Origin: a bacterium
Lineage (GTDB): Bacteria > UBA8248 > JACPRG01 > G963555815
Direction of reading: 5' to 3'
Assembly: GCA_965218795.1 (NCBI GenBank)
Contig: OZ244653.1
Location: forward strand, 672,001-736,000
Length of the DNA stretch: 64,000 nt
Position numbers and translations under genes: made by a program
Shown: in pieces, positions 49,354-60,060 of the stretch
Layout of the letters: every line of letters begins with the position of its first letter
Position numbering within the stretch: position 1 is the first letter of the stretch
The notes under the pieces: model-generated
The model's database searches: none
The model's input: only the letters and a program-made list of their open reading frames with translations
What the model was told of the DNA's origin: nothing

Positions 49354-50847
49354 ATGATGACCGACCCACCCGCCGGTCTTCTGATAGAGAACGCTCGTTT
49401 CGTCCTGACGCAGGATGGAGAACGAAATCTTCTGGAAGGGGTATCCATCGCCGTTCAGGGGGACACGATCGCCGCGGTTGGCCCGGCGCATGAAGTCGCA
49501 AAACGGTTCAAGGGCGCCAGAACCCTCGACGCTTCGGATCGGCTCGTGACGCCGGGGCTCATCAATGCGCACACCCACATGGAATCCTGTTTTGACAAGG
49601 GGCTTCTGGACGACGTTCCCGCCGTGCCTTATTGCGAGAGGAAGTTCTCCTTTACCTGGGGGAGCCTCACGGCGGAGAATTATTACTACGCCGCGCTGCA
49701 CACAATGCTCTCCTGTCTCAAGACCGGCACGACGACCATCGCCGACTGCGGGACCATCCCGTCCCTGGAGGATTCAGTCGTCCGCGCCGTCCGCGACATC
49801 GGAATCCGGGGCGTGCTGGCCCGGGAGCTGATGGACGTTCACGCGGCGACGAAAACCACCTATGCCTCCTATGACGCCTTCACCGAGCTCTGTGACCGGC
49901 TCCAGGAAAATACGCGGGAATGCATCGAAAACAGCGAGGCGTTCATCCGCGAGTTTCACATGGCTGCCGGCGGGCGGGTTCGTGCGGCGCTGGATATCCA
50001 GCAGGTCTGCAACTGCACGCCGGAGCTGATTCACGGCATCCTCGACTTGGCCGAGCGCTATGACCTCGGCATCCAGTCCCACGCGGCCGTCACTCACGAC
50101 ATGGTCGAGATGACCCGCAAGCGGACGGGCATGCGGGACGTCGAGTATCTCCATCACGTCGGCGTCCTGGGACCTCGGCTGATCTGCGCGCACATGTGCT
50201 GGCTGAACACCCGGGAGCTGATGCTGATGAAGGAGGCGGGCGCCCACGTCGCGCACGTGCCGGGCGCAAGCCTCCACGGCATCTATTCGTCCGCCCACGC
50301 CCGGAGCAGCATTCCCGAGCTCGTGAATCTCGGGGTGAACGTTGCGCTAGGCAACGACGAGACGAACACCGGCACATGCCACGACATGGTGCGGGAGATG
50401 TATCTGGTGGCCGGGTGCCACGCCGAGGCCCGCGGGACGCACGTTTTTCCCGACGAAGACCTCTTTCAGCTCCGCTCGGGCGCAACGCAATCCATCGTCA
50501 TCGATATGGCGACGCGCAACGGGGCGAAGGCCCTGCGGATGGAGGATGAGGTCGGCAGCATAGAGGCGGGCAAAAAGGCGGACCTGGTCTTGTGGGACCT
50601 GACGAGCTACGAGTGGGTCCCCACGGCGCGTCAGAACCTGGTGAGCAATTTCATATTCAACGCCACGGGCCGGAGCGCGAGGACGGTGATCGTGAACGGG
50701 GTTCCGGTGATCGACGACTACCGCCTGACGACGATGGACGAGTCGGAGATCCTTCGCAAGGCGCAGGAATTCGGGGAGGGGATCATCCCCACGGCCCCTT
50801 GGCTCCGGGAGCCGGAGACCTGGGAACTGAAGTGGGTGAGAGAATGA
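49354..50847 (+). CDS. Amidohydrolase family protein, copy 1
   Basis: PGLINAHTH, LKTGTTT, AHM, LGND, ATRNGAKAL, GSIEAGKKADL. Confidence 0.9.
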   Translation: MMTDPPAGLLIENARFVLTQDGERNLLEGVSIAVQGDTIAAVGPAHEVAKRFKGARTLDASDRLVTPGLINAHTHMESCFDKGLLDDVPAVPYCERKFSFTWGSLTAENYYYAALHTMLSCLKTGTTTIADCGTIPSLEDSVVRAVRDIGIRGVLARELMDVHAATKTTYASYDAFTELCDRLQENTRECIENSEAFIREFHMAAGGRVRAALDIQQVCNCTPELIHGILDLAERYDLGIQSHAAVTHDMVEMTRKRTGMRDVEYLHHVGVLGPRLICAHMCWLNTRELMLMKEAGAHVAHVPGASLHGIYSSAHARSSIPELVNLGVNVALGNDETNTGTCHDMVREMYLVAGCHAEARGTHVFPDEDLFQLRSGATQSIVIDMATRNGAKALRMEDEVGSIEAGKKADLVLWDLTSYEWVPTARQNLVSNFIFNATGRSARTVIVNGVPVIDDYRLTTMDESEILRKAQEFGEGIIPTAPWLREPETWELKWVRE

Positions 50848-50872
50848 ACCAGAGAAAGGTCGAGGTTGCGGA

Positions 50873-52330
50873 ATGCCTGAAGCCCCGGTCGATCTTCTGA
50901 TAGAGAACGCTCGTTTCGTCCTGACGCAGGATGGAGAACGAAACCTTCTGGAAGAGGTATCCATCGCCGTTCAGGGGGACACGATCGCCGCGGTTGGCCC
51001 GGCGCATGAAGTCGCAAAACGGTTCAAGGGCGCCAGGACCCTCGACGCTTCGGATCGGCTCGTGACGCCGGGGCTCATCAACGCCCACACCCACATGGAA
51101 TCCTGTTTTGACAAGGGGCTTCTGGACGACGCCCCGCTGGTCGCCTACGTAGACCGGAAGTATTCCTTCACGTGGGATACCCTCACGGCGGAAAATTACT
51201 ATTACGCCGCGCTGCACACGATGCTCTCCTGTCTCAAAACCGGAACCACCACCGTTGGCGACTGCGGCACGATTCCTCCCATGGAGGATTCAGTCGTCCG
51301 CGCCGTCCGCGACATCGGAATCCGGGGCGTGCTGGCCCGCGTGATGATGGACATCCACACGGAAACCCTCCTCCCGCAGCGTCTCCAGGAAAACACGAAA
51401 CAGTCCCTGGAGAACGGTGAAGAATTCCTGAAAGCATATCAAGGCGAGGCGGCCGGCCGGGTTGTGCCTGCGCTTGACATCCAGCAGGTTTGCAACAGCA
51501 CCCCGGAGCTTTGCGAAGGGGTGATGGAGCTGGCGGAAAAGTATGACGCGGGGATCCATACCCACGCGGCCGTCACTCATGAAGTCGTGGAACTGACCCG
51601 CAAGCGGACGGGCATGCGGGACGTAGAGTTCATGCACCACATCGGCGTCCTGGGACCTCGGCTGATAGCCGGCCACATGGCCTGGCTCAACGCGCGCGAG
51701 CTCGATTTGATGAGAGAAACCGGGGCGCATGTCGCCCACGTGCCGGGGTCCAGTTTGCATGGGGGCTATGGGTCCGCTCACGCCCGGAGTCGGATTCCCG
51801 AGCTCGTGAATCTGGGCGTGAACGTTGCGCTGGGCAACGACGAGACGAACACCGGCACATGCCACGACATGGTGCGGGAGATGTATCTGGTGGCCGGGTG
51901 CCACGCCGAGGCCCGCGGGACGCACGTTTTTCCCGACGAAGACCTCTTTCAGCTCCGCTCGGGCGCAACGCAATCCATCGTCATCGATATGGCGACGCGC
52001 AACGGGGCGAAGGCCCTGCGGATGGAGGATGAGGTCGGCAGCATAGAGGCGGGCAAAAAGGCGGACCTGGTCTTGTGGGACCTGACGAGCTACGAGTGGG
52101 TCCCCACGGCGCGTCAGAACCTGGTGAGCAATTTCATATTCAACGCCACGGGCCGGAGCGCGAGGACGGTGATCGTGAACGGGGTTCCGGTGATCGACGA
52201 CTACCGCCTGACGACGATGGACGAGTCGGAGATCCTTCGCAAGGCGCAGGAATTCGGGGAGGGGATCATCCCCACGGCCCCTTGGCTCCGGGAGCCGGAG
52301 ACCTGGGAACTGAAGTGGGTGAGAGAATGA
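50873..52330 (+). CDS. Amidohydrolase family protein, copy 2
   Basis: Same motifs; N- and C-terminal parts nearly or fully identical to copy 1. Confidence 0.9.
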   Translation: MPEAPVDLLIENARFVLTQDGERNLLEEVSIAVQGDTIAAVGPAHEVAKRFKGARTLDASDRLVTPGLINAHTHMESCFDKGLLDDAPLVAYVDRKYSFTWDTLTAENYYYAALHTMLSCLKTGTTTVGDCGTIPPMEDSVVRAVRDIGIRGVLARVMMDIHTETLLPQRLQENTKQSLENGEEFLKAYQGEAAGRVVPALDIQQVCNSTPELCEGVMELAEKYDAGIHTHAAVTHEVVELTRKRTGMRDVEFMHHIGVLGPRLIAGHMAWLNARELDLMRETGAHVAHVPGSSLHGGYGSAHARSRIPELVNLGVNVALGNDETNTGTCHDMVREMYLVAGCHAEARGTHVFPDEDLFQLRSGATQSIVIDMATRNGAKALRMEDEVGSIEAGKKADLVLWDLTSYEWVPTARQNLVSNFIFNATGRSARTVIVNGVPVIDDYRLTTMDESEILRKAQEFGEGIIPTAPWLREPETWELKWVRE

Positions 52331-52346
52331 ACCAGAGAAATTCGCG

Positions 52347-53594
52347 ATGGACCTGATCATCCGGAACGCCCGTGCATTCGGAGTCGAATCCGATGTGCCG
52401 GTGGATATCGGCATTGAGAAGGAACGGATTCTTCGGATTTCGCCTGAACTCGACGAGAAGGCCGAACGGGAGATCGACGCCGGGAACCGCCTGGTCAGCC
52501 CCCCGTTCATCGAGCCCCACATCCACCTGGACAAGACGCAGATCGCCGGGGACATTCCCCCGAACCGCGCCGGCACGCTTCTTGGCGGCATCGAGGTCAT
52601 CTGGGAGAGGAAGCGCCGGTACACCGTGGACGATATCGTGGCCCGGGCGGGCAGGACCATCGAAATGTCCGTCCGGAACGGAACCACCAGGCTGCGTACC
52701 CACGCCGATGTGGATACCATCGTCGGCCTCAAAGCGGTGGAAGGGCTTCTGGAGGTCAAACGGCGATTCGCCGACCTCGTGGATATCCAGATCGTCGCAT
52801 TTCCGCAAGAGGGCATCCTGCGCGACCCGGGCGCCGAGGACCTGCTGTGGCGGGCGATGGAGGCGGGGGCCGATCTCGTGGGCGGGATGCCGCACCACGA
52901 GATGAAGCCGGAACACTGGGCCGATCACATCGACGTCGCCTTCCATATCGCCAAGCGCTACGATGCCGATATCGACATGCACGTCGACGAGACCGACGAC
53001 CCGGCCATCCGTTCTCTGGAGGTCCTGGCCGAGTGGACCGTCGCCGAGGGTTATCAAGGCAGGGTCACGGCCGGTCACACGTGCGCCCTCGCTGCGTATC
53101 CCGACGATTACGCCGAGGCCGTGATCGCCAAGGTCAAGGAAGCCGGCATTCATATGATCACCAATCCGGCGACCAACCTGGTCGTTCAGGGCAGGGGAGA
53201 CCGGGGGCTCATCCGGCGGGGAATCACACGGGTGAAGGAATTGCTGGCCGCGGGGATCAACGTGGCCTTCGGCCAGGACTGTGTCTATGACGGGTTCTAT
53301 CCCTTTGGCACGTCGGACCTGCTGGAGATTGCGCTCCTCACGGCTCATGTGGCCCAACTTTCTCTTCCGGAGGAGATTGAAGAGGCGTTCCGGATGCCGA
53401 CGGTCAATTCCGCAAGGGTTTGGGGGCTGAAGAATTACGGAATCCGGGAGGGCGGGCCGGCGGATTTGGTGGTGATCGATTGCGAGACCGTCCCTGAGGC
53501 GGTCCGGCTTCATCCCCCCAGGCTGTTTGTGGTGCGGCAGGGCAGGGTCATTCTCGAGTCGAGCCTCGCCAGCCAGCTATACCGGACAGTCTAG
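52347..53594 (+). CDS. Cytosine deaminase (CodA)-like amidohydrolase
   Basis: PFIEPHIHLDK, RTHAD, AFPQEG, MHVDETDD, GHTC, FGQDCV. Confidence 0.85.
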   Translation: MDLIIRNARAFGVESDVPVDIGIEKERILRISPELDEKAEREIDAGNRLVSPPFIEPHIHLDKTQIAGDIPPNRAGTLLGGIEVIWERKRRYTVDDIVARAGRTIEMSVRNGTTRLRTHADVDTIVGLKAVEGLLEVKRRFADLVDIQIVAFPQEGILRDPGAEDLLWRAMEAGADLVGGMPHHEMKPEHWADHIDVAFHIAKRYDADIDMHVDETDDPAIRSLEVLAEWTVAEGYQGRVTAGHTCALAAYPDDYAEAVIAKVKEAGIHMITNPATNLVVQGRGDRGLIRRGITRVKELLAAGINVAFGQDCVYDGFYPFGTSDLLEIALLTAHVAQLSLPEEIEEAFRMPTVNSARVWGLKNYGIREGGPADLVVIDCETVPEAVRLHPPRLFVVRQGRVILESSLASQLYRTV

Positions 53595-53609
53595 GAGACG
53601 AAAAGGCCC

Positions 53610-54464
53610 ATGAACATTCACCAACTCTCACGCACCATCATGTGGCCGAATCGTCTGCTTTTCGGTCAGGGTTCGGCTATGGAGACCGGGCCGGAAGCCG
53701 TGCGTTTCAGTAACGGTCCCGTCCTCGTTGTGACCGACCCCGGAGTGATGGAGGCCGACCTCTTGGCTCCCGTCAAGGCGTCCCTCCAAAACGCAGGACT
53801 CAAAGCGGAGATATTCAGCGGTTGTGAGCCCAATCCGACGGACACGCTGGTGGCTGATTTGGCGGGCCGTATCAAAACGGGGGGCTATGGCTCAATTGTC
53901 GGCGTGGGCGGCGGAAGTCCCGTAGATACCGCCAAGGCGGCCATGGTGGCGGCGACCCATGCCGGAACCATCCATGACTATGACATCGCCGATAACGGAG
54001 ACGAGCGGATCAGGGATATCATGCCGCCACTTTTGGCGCTTCCGACTACAGCGGGAACGGCGACGGAAGTATCCGAAGCGGCTGTTGTCACCCACACAGG
54101 GGTTGACCCGCCTTACAAGATGGGGATCATCAGCCCGTACCTCATCCCCAAAGTGTCTATCCTGGATCCTTGTCTCACCTTGACGATGCCTCCTCAACTC
54201 ACAGCCGCCACGGGGCTCGACGCCCTGAGCCACGCCATGGAGGCCCTGGTCTCTTCCCGGGAATGGCCCTTTGCCGAGGCCTTGGCCCTCAAGGCCATCG
54301 AGATGATCGCAAACGCTCTTCCCGAAGCCGTGCGCGACGGCGGCAACCTCCAAGCCAGAGCCGATATGCTGCTGGCCTCGACCATCGCCGTCCTGATTGG
54401 CGTGGCCCGAAAGGCCATCTACCCAGCGGCCCTTCTGTTGCCCTACAAACGGGGCGAGCACTGA
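53610..54464 (+). pseudogene. Iron-containing alcohol dehydrogenase, C-terminally truncated
   Basis: GGGSPVDTAK, PTTAGTATE, GLDALSHAME; ends at 284 aa before the His-containing metal-ligand segments. Confidence 0.75.
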
Positions 54465-54471
54465 GGGACGC

Positions 54472-55233
54472 TTAGCTGATGATCGTCCCGCCGTTAATGT
54501 CGAGGGTGACCCCCGTAATCCAGCCGGCCTCCTGGGTGACGAGGAACCGGATGGCCTCCGCCACGTCATCCGCTTCGCCCAGCCGGGGGACGGCCGCGTC
54601 GGCCATGAGCCGGTCGAGGGTGTCCCGGGGCAGATTTCGGTTCATGTCGGTGACGATGGTTCCCGGAGCGATGGCGTTGGCCGTGATACCGTACTCCCCG
54701 TACCGCTTGGCGACGCTGCGTGTGAAACCGAGTACCCCGGCTTTGGACGCGGAATAGGCGGCGCTCATCTGGGCGCGCCCATACCTGCCGGCGATGGACG
54801 CCACGCTGACGATCCGCCCGTACCGCTGGTCCATCATGGCGGGCAGCACAGCCCTGGCGCACAGGTAAACACCCTTGAGGTTGACGGCGATCACGCGGTC
54901 CCACTCGTCTTCCTCCAGATCTTCCAATGGCGTCAGAGTGCTCAAGCCCGCAACGTTGACGAGGATGTCAACGCGCCCGAATCGTTCCATCACCCGGTTG
55001 CGCATCTCCTCGACGCTTTCTCGATCCGAGACATCCAACGGGACGGGCAGTGCGGTTCCCCCCTCGTCCCGAATTTCCGAGGCCGTCCGGTCGGCATTGT
55101 CCGGGGTGTGCGTGGCCACGGCGACGCTTGCGCCCTCACGGGCGAGGGTCAGGGCGGCGGCTTTGCCGATCCCCCGTCCCGAACCCGTAACGACGGCGAC
55201 CCTTTCGCGGAGTCTCTGGCCTTCAGGCGTCAT
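54472..55233 (-). CDS. SDR oxidoreductase (FabG-like)
   Basis: TGSGRGIG, YSASK, IAPG, DINGG. Confidence 0.9.
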   Translation of the reverse strand: MTPEGQRLRERVAVVTGSGRGIGKAAALTLAREGASVAVATHTPDNADRTASEIRDEGGTALPVPLDVSDRESVEEMRNRVMERFGRVDILVNVAGLSTLTPLEDLEEDEWDRVIAVNLKGVYLCARAVLPAMMDQRYGRIVSVASIAGRYGRAQMSAAYSASKAGVLGFTRSVAKRYGEYGITANAIAPGTIVTDMNRNLPRDTLDRLMADAAVPRLGEADDVAEAIRFLVTQEAGWITGVTLDINGGTIIS

Positions 55234-55245
55234 CGTTTGATCCCG

Positions 55246-56010
55246 TTATTCCTCGAAGATGGCGACGGCGCGGGTCCACGCCCCGCTGCCCCGCTCGACC
55301 TTGATGGGGAAACAGGCCACCTTGAACCCGTGGGGCCGGGGAAGCCGATCCAGATTGGAAAGTTTCTCGATCTGAAAATACTCGCTTTCCTTGCCGGCGA
55401 AATGGGCCTGCCAGAATTGGTCTTTGTCGCCCGCTTTCAAATCTTTCGCCATGGCGGAGAAAGGAATATCCATGCCCCAGGCGTCAATGCCGATGACCTT
55501 CACGCCCTTGGAGGTCAGGCTGAGGATGGATTCCCGCGTCATGCCGGGCTGAATGTCGAGGAACTTCGGGCTGTCGATGTATTGGGCGACGCCGGTGTGA
55601 ATGAGCGCTATATCCCCCGGCTTGACGGTGTACCCGATCTTCCCGATGGCCTCCTCGACCTCCTCCGCCGAGATTTTCTCTGCGGGCCTCTTGTGCGTGA
55701 AGTCCAGACAGAAGCCGTCGCCGAAAAAGTTCTCGAGCTCCAGTTGATCGATGGTACGCATTGGCCGTCCCGCGCTGTCGACCGGAGCGTAGTGATACGG
55801 CGCGTCCACGTGGGTGCCCGCGTGCGTCACGAGATGGACCTGCTCCGAGGCGGACCCGTGGCCGTGGGGGAGGTCGTCCACTTCCACGCCGAACCGCTGG
55901 GCCCACCGCCGCCCGTTTTCGTCGTGCGTGATGTAATGGATGTCCAGCAGCATGCCGTCGAACGTTCCGTTGTGCAGGGGCACGCTGAGGTCGATGATTT
56001 TCCGTGGCAT
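55246..56010 (-). CDS. Cyclase family metal-dependent hydrolase (kynurenine formamidase/isatin hydrolase-like)
   Basis: IDLS, HAGTHVDAPYH, GIDAWG, IEKL, FPIK...GSG..RAVA; AAGGAG RBS. Confidence 0.88.
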   Translation of the reverse strand: MPRKIIDLSVPLHNGTFDGMLLDIHYITHDENGRRWAQRFGVEVDDLPHGHGSASEQVHLVTHAGTHVDAPYHYAPVDSAGRPMRTIDQLELENFFGDGFCLDFTHKRPAEKISAEEVEEAIGKIGYTVKPGDIALIHTGVAQYIDSPKFLDIQPGMTRESILSLTSKGVKVIGIDAWGMDIPFSAMAKDLKAGDKDQFWQAHFAGKESEYFQIEKLSNLDRLPRPHGFKVACFPIKVERGSGAWTRAVAIFEE

Positions 56011-56389
56011 GTTACGCTCCTTGGGATTAGGATTTTGTGGTACGAGCAAGTCACTCATCTTATTCGCCGATACGGGCACAGGTCCAGTCGATGAGGGTCT
56101 CGGTGATTCGCAGATTTGGGTGAAGATCCCTGGGGGCAGGCACGGCCTGCACCGATTTCGCCGGGCACAGCGGTGAAACAATTATAATCCCGTCGGTCAG
56201 CCCGGCTGCGGTGCCGAACAGGCGCCGCGAAAGCGCGGAGGCGCATTGCCTCCAAAAATCGCCGCCCGCATCATCGGTTCCGCGAAATGGCCGGCCAGCA
56301 AGCGCCAAAAAAGGCTTCTGGGAAGGATCTCTGGAATCTTGAACGTTTCCTTGAATTGGGGAGAACTGAGATAAAGGCCTCGCGCCGAA

Positions 56390-57841
56390 GTGGCTCGAGT
56401 CGATATGGAGCGGATCGTGTCTGACAGGCCTCGAAGCGTCGCGGTTATCGGAGGCGGGATTACCGGTCTGGCGGCCGCCTGCCGCATGGTGACGGAGGCG
56501 CGCAAGCGGAATATTGCGCTCGACGTTCAGGTGCTGGAAAGCTCCGGGCGGTTCGGAGGAACGATCCAGACCAGCCGTGAGGCCGGGTGCCTGATGGAGC
56601 ACGGCCCGGATTGTTTTCTCTCCAGTAAGCCCGAGGGAGTCGCGCTCTGCAAGGAGCTCGGGCTGGAGAGGGACCTGATCGGGACCAACGAGGAACACCG
56701 CCGAAGCTTTATCCTTCGGGGAGATGCCCTCCTGCCCGTCCCGCCTGGTTTTTATCTGCTGGCTCCCACATCCATGATTCCGTTTCTGAAGACGCCCATC
56801 TTCAGCTGGGCCGGGAAGCTCCGAATGGGACTCGACCTGTTCATCCCCCGCGGCGGAGGAGATGGAGACGAGACCCTGGCCTCCTTCGTGCGGCGCAGGC
56901 TGGGACGGGAGGCGCTGGAGCGCATGGCCCAGCCCATGGTGGCTGGGATCTATTCCGCCGACCCTGAGGGGTTGAGCCTAGAGGCCACGTTCCCGCAGTT
57001 CCTGGAGATGGAAAAACGTGACCGGAGCATCATCATCGGGCTCCGCCGCCGGATGAAGGCGGGCAAGGAGACCGCTTCGACCAGCGGGCCGCGATACGGG
57101 TTGTTCGTCTCTCTGCGAGACGGTATGAGAAACCTGGTGGACGCCCTGCTTGAGCGCATCCCGAAGGATTCGCTGCGCGCCGGCTGCGCGGTCGTCGGGA
57201 TGGTGCACAACGGAGAGAGGTGGAGGGTGGAGCTGGAGGGGCGGGATGCGATCGAAACCGATGCCGTTTGCCTCGCGACGCCCGCCCGCCCCGCCGCCCG
57301 AATTCTCGGGACGATCGCCCCGCGGCTGGCCGGTGAGCTGGAAGGAATTCCGTACGGCTCCATCGGCACCCTCAATCTCGTGTTGCGAAGGGATCAGGTG
57401 AGGCACCCGTTGAACGGGATGGGATTCGTCGTGCCCGCCATCGAGGGCCGCCGGCTGTTGGCCTGTTCCTTCTCCAGCACCAAATTTGCGGACCGGGCCC
57501 CGGAAGGCCGCGTCCTCCTGCGGGCGTTCTTCAAAGAGGCAGCGGGGTTCGAGACGGCAGCCGGCCCGGGTGAAGAGATCGATCCCATCCTCGCGGAGCT
57601 TCGAGCAATTCTCGGGATCCAGGGGGAGCCGGAAGCCAGTCTCCTCGCCTGGCATCCGGGCGCGATGCCGCAGTATCAGGTCGGCCATCTGGAGCGGGTC
57701 GCCAGGCTCGAGGAAGGGGCCAATGCCTTGCCGAACTTCGCCCTGGCCGGGAGCGGTTATCGCGGTGTAGGTATCCCGGATTGCGTCGCCTCAGCCAATC
57801 AGGCGTCCGAACGAATACTGGAATCGCTCGGTTTCGGTTAA
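56390..57841 (+). CDS. hemY: Protoporphyrinogen/coproporphyrinogen oxidase (HemY type)
   Basis: VIGGGITGL, EHGPDCF, RRRLG, AGIYSAD, AMPQYQVGH, GVGIPDC. Confidence 0.92.
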   Translation: MARVDMERIVSDRPRSVAVIGGGITGLAAACRMVTEARKRNIALDVQVLESSGRFGGTIQTSREAGCLMEHGPDCFLSSKPEGVALCKELGLERDLIGTNEEHRRSFILRGDALLPVPPGFYLLAPTSMIPFLKTPIFSWAGKLRMGLDLFIPRGGGDGDETLASFVRRRLGREALERMAQPMVAGIYSADPEGLSLEATFPQFLEMEKRDRSIIIGLRRRMKAGKETASTSGPRYGLFVSLRDGMRNLVDALLERIPKDSLRAGCAVVGMVHNGERWRVELEGRDAIETDAVCLATPARPAARILGTIAPRLAGELEGIPYGSIGTLNLVLRRDQVRHPLNGMGFVVPAIEGRRLLACSFSSTKFADRAPEGRVLLRAFFKEAAGFETAAGPGEEIDPILAELRAILGIQGEPEASLLAWHPGAMPQYQVGHLERVARLEEGANALPNFALAGSGYRGVGIPDCVASANQASERILESLGFG

Positions 57842-58002
57842 TGAGGTACGTTGCAGCAGAGCGAAAATCATTGAGAATGGGATCAGGTTCATTTGTAAAC
57901 GGCCTGGAAATGGCCATGAAACGCCCTTGCAAGGGGCGTGCATGAACCGGTTTCGACGCCGGCGGTGGCCGATCAGCCCGCACCGACGAATAAGTTAAGG
58001 AT

Positions 58003-59085
58003 ATGGATATGACCGGGGTCTGGACGAACAGTGGCACCGGATGGGAGTTAAGCCCGCCTCAGGCGTATGAGGACGAGGCCACGCTGCACAGACTCATCAA
58101 AGAGAACCCACAGTTCTTGCCGTTGAGCGGTTCCCCTCGCCTGATGCTTCTAGGTTCTGAAGTACAACTGGGAACCGGATACGCGGACATCCTTGCGGTT
58201 GAATCGTCCGGACGTCCCGCGATTATCGAGGTGAAGCTGGGCCGCAACCCTGAGGCGCGCAGGACGGTCGTGTCGCAGATTATTGCGTATGCGGCCTTCC
58301 TTCAAGGATTCGATAGCGAGAGCCTTGAGCAGGGTCCTCTCCGCAAGTCTCTTGCGGATGCAGGCTATGGATCCATACTCGATGTGGTGAAGGCTCAAGA
58401 CCAGGAAGGGGCCGTTGATTCTGATTCATTCATGGCCTCGCTGCAAGACTACCTGGAACAAGGTCATTTCAGACTGGTCCTTGTGTTGGATGACGTTCCG
58501 GCCGAATTGGAAAGAGTTGTCGCTTATCTGGATGCCATAACCGTTCAGGCGCTGACGATCGATCTGATCACGCTCAGGGTCTATGACGTAAAAGGAGCGC
58601 AGGTCGCTCTACCCCAGCGCGTCTCGCCTGATCTCAGCGCGACGATGCCGGTGACGCCGTCTGGTAGAGCGGGGCCTGCCGTATCCCGGGGAAGGCTCAC
58701 GGATGGCCCCGACGCATTTCGAGCTTCAATCTCGGAAACCACCGGCGAAACCCGTGATACGTTCGACGAATTGATTGCCTGGGCGGAAGACTTGGCCTCG
58801 CTGCCGAATGTGCGCCTCTTCACTTACAGCGGTATCGGACGGACCACCCTCTTACCGAAAATCATGCCGGACAACGCTGGGCTTGTGACCATCTGGAACG
58901 ACAAGCAGCAGCCATATATCCAGGTTTGGCGGACGGTGTTTGAACGGCGCGCTCCCAAAGCGATTGAATCCGTTGAACGAGTGATCGAGCCGGCCAGAAT
59001 AGGGCAGGGAAATTCTCTCAAGAGCATCACGCCTGCAATCCTGGAAGCGTTGACGCAGGCGTATAGGGAGGCGACCGGGGACTGA
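58003..59085 (+). CDS. NucS/DUF91-like PD-(D/E)xK endonuclease domain protein
   Basis: EATL..LI, GSEV, ADILAV...IIEVKL, RRTVVSQIIAYAA. Confidence 0.72.
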   Translation: MDMTGVWTNSGTGWELSPPQAYEDEATLHRLIKENPQFLPLSGSPRLMLLGSEVQLGTGYADILAVESSGRPAIIEVKLGRNPEARRTVVSQIIAYAAFLQGFDSESLEQGPLRKSLADAGYGSILDVVKAQDQEGAVDSDSFMASLQDYLEQGHFRLVLVLDDVPAELERVVAYLDAITVQALTIDLITLRVYDVKGAQVALPQRVSPDLSATMPVTPSGRAGPAVSRGRLTDGPDAFRASISETTGETRDTFDELIAWAEDLASLPNVRLFTYSGIGRTTLLPKIMPDNAGLVTIWNDKQQPYIQVWRTVFERRAPKAIESVERVIEPARIGQGNSLKSITPAILEALTQAYREATGD

Positions 59086-59174
59086 ATCTCCGGGTTACCG
59101 GGGACACCACTCCGTCATGAATGCCTTTCGGATTGCGGCGCCCCCAGCTGAAACCATCCAGAAGCGGGCTCTCG

Positions 59175-59452
59175 GTCATTCCCGCCCTCGATTAAGACAT
59201 TCGAGGACAGGCTGCAGCAGGAATCCAGTTCTTTGTCCTTGTCCGGTTGGACATCGCCGCCCCTGAATACTCTTGTCTCGGGCCTGCCCCGGCATGTATG
59301 AGACAACGGTAACGGGAACCCATCATGAGGGCTGAAATAGGGGTTCAATGGGCCTTGAACGGCCGTGAAAAGGGGCTGAAACGGGCGTGCATGGCCTCTT
59401 TCCGATGGGCATTGATTCGGCCTTGTCTGGATTCCCGCTTTCGCGGGAATGA
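59175..59452. repeat. REP/dRS3-like palindromes (one with loop insert)
   Basis: 59175-59228 (with insert) and 59428-59452. Confidence 0.78.
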
Positions 59453-59607
59453 GATGCTGGCGGCGAATCCCTGAAGGCTCTTGTTGGAGGCCATGCCGCA
59501 TGGGTTCCCGCCGTTGTCCGGCAACAAGGCCGCTCCCTTTGCCGCGTGAAGCGGAACGGCTGTCTCCCCGCACCGGAAAATCCGCAGGCTGCGCCCTTGA
59601 TTTGCCG

Positions 59608-59630
59608 ACTCCCCCTCAAAGGGGGAGTGA
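59608..59630. repeat. Second-type short palindrome
   Basis: actccccct-caa-agggggagt, intergenic. Confidence 0.45.
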
Positions 59631-60060
59631 TGTATGAAGGGGCCGCACCGGCGGATCGGTGTTCTCCCGGGTGCGCTGTCTGACGCGCAGCGGGGCGCTG
59701 TCGGCGCATCCAGGCTTTAAAGGCTGTCAACCCCTTCCGTCGTTACAATGTCCCGGAAAAGGCGCTTGTTACGCGATTTTTAGCCGATCAAAGGCAAGGA
59801 AGCGGCGGTCGGATTTTGTGACGCGCGGCGCGCATTTGAAGCGCATCTTTGCGGAGCGCGCCCACGGTAAAATAACCGGCCCCCGTTGCGATATTTCCCA
59901 TTATTCCCCGAAACGCCGGGCCCTTCAGTTATTTCTCTCCCTCTTCAACCAGCCCGGTTCTCCCCTGACCTTGGCGTTGGATGCGCCGCGTTGTTCCGTC
60001 ATCGAGGTACAGGCCATGGCTGCCGGCCGCGCGATTCCCGTCAGGAGGGAGGCCGCGGCT

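Noticed and set aside
49354-52340. Diversity-generating retroelement or shufflon explaining the duplicated genes
   Set aside because: No reverse transcriptase or recombinase in the window, differences are not adenine-specific, and the repeats are direct
54397-56094. Long antisense ORFs (also 10434-12095, 24254-25882, 46347-48185, 60493-61806)
   Set aside because: Shadows typical of high-GC coding regions, with no recognisable motifs
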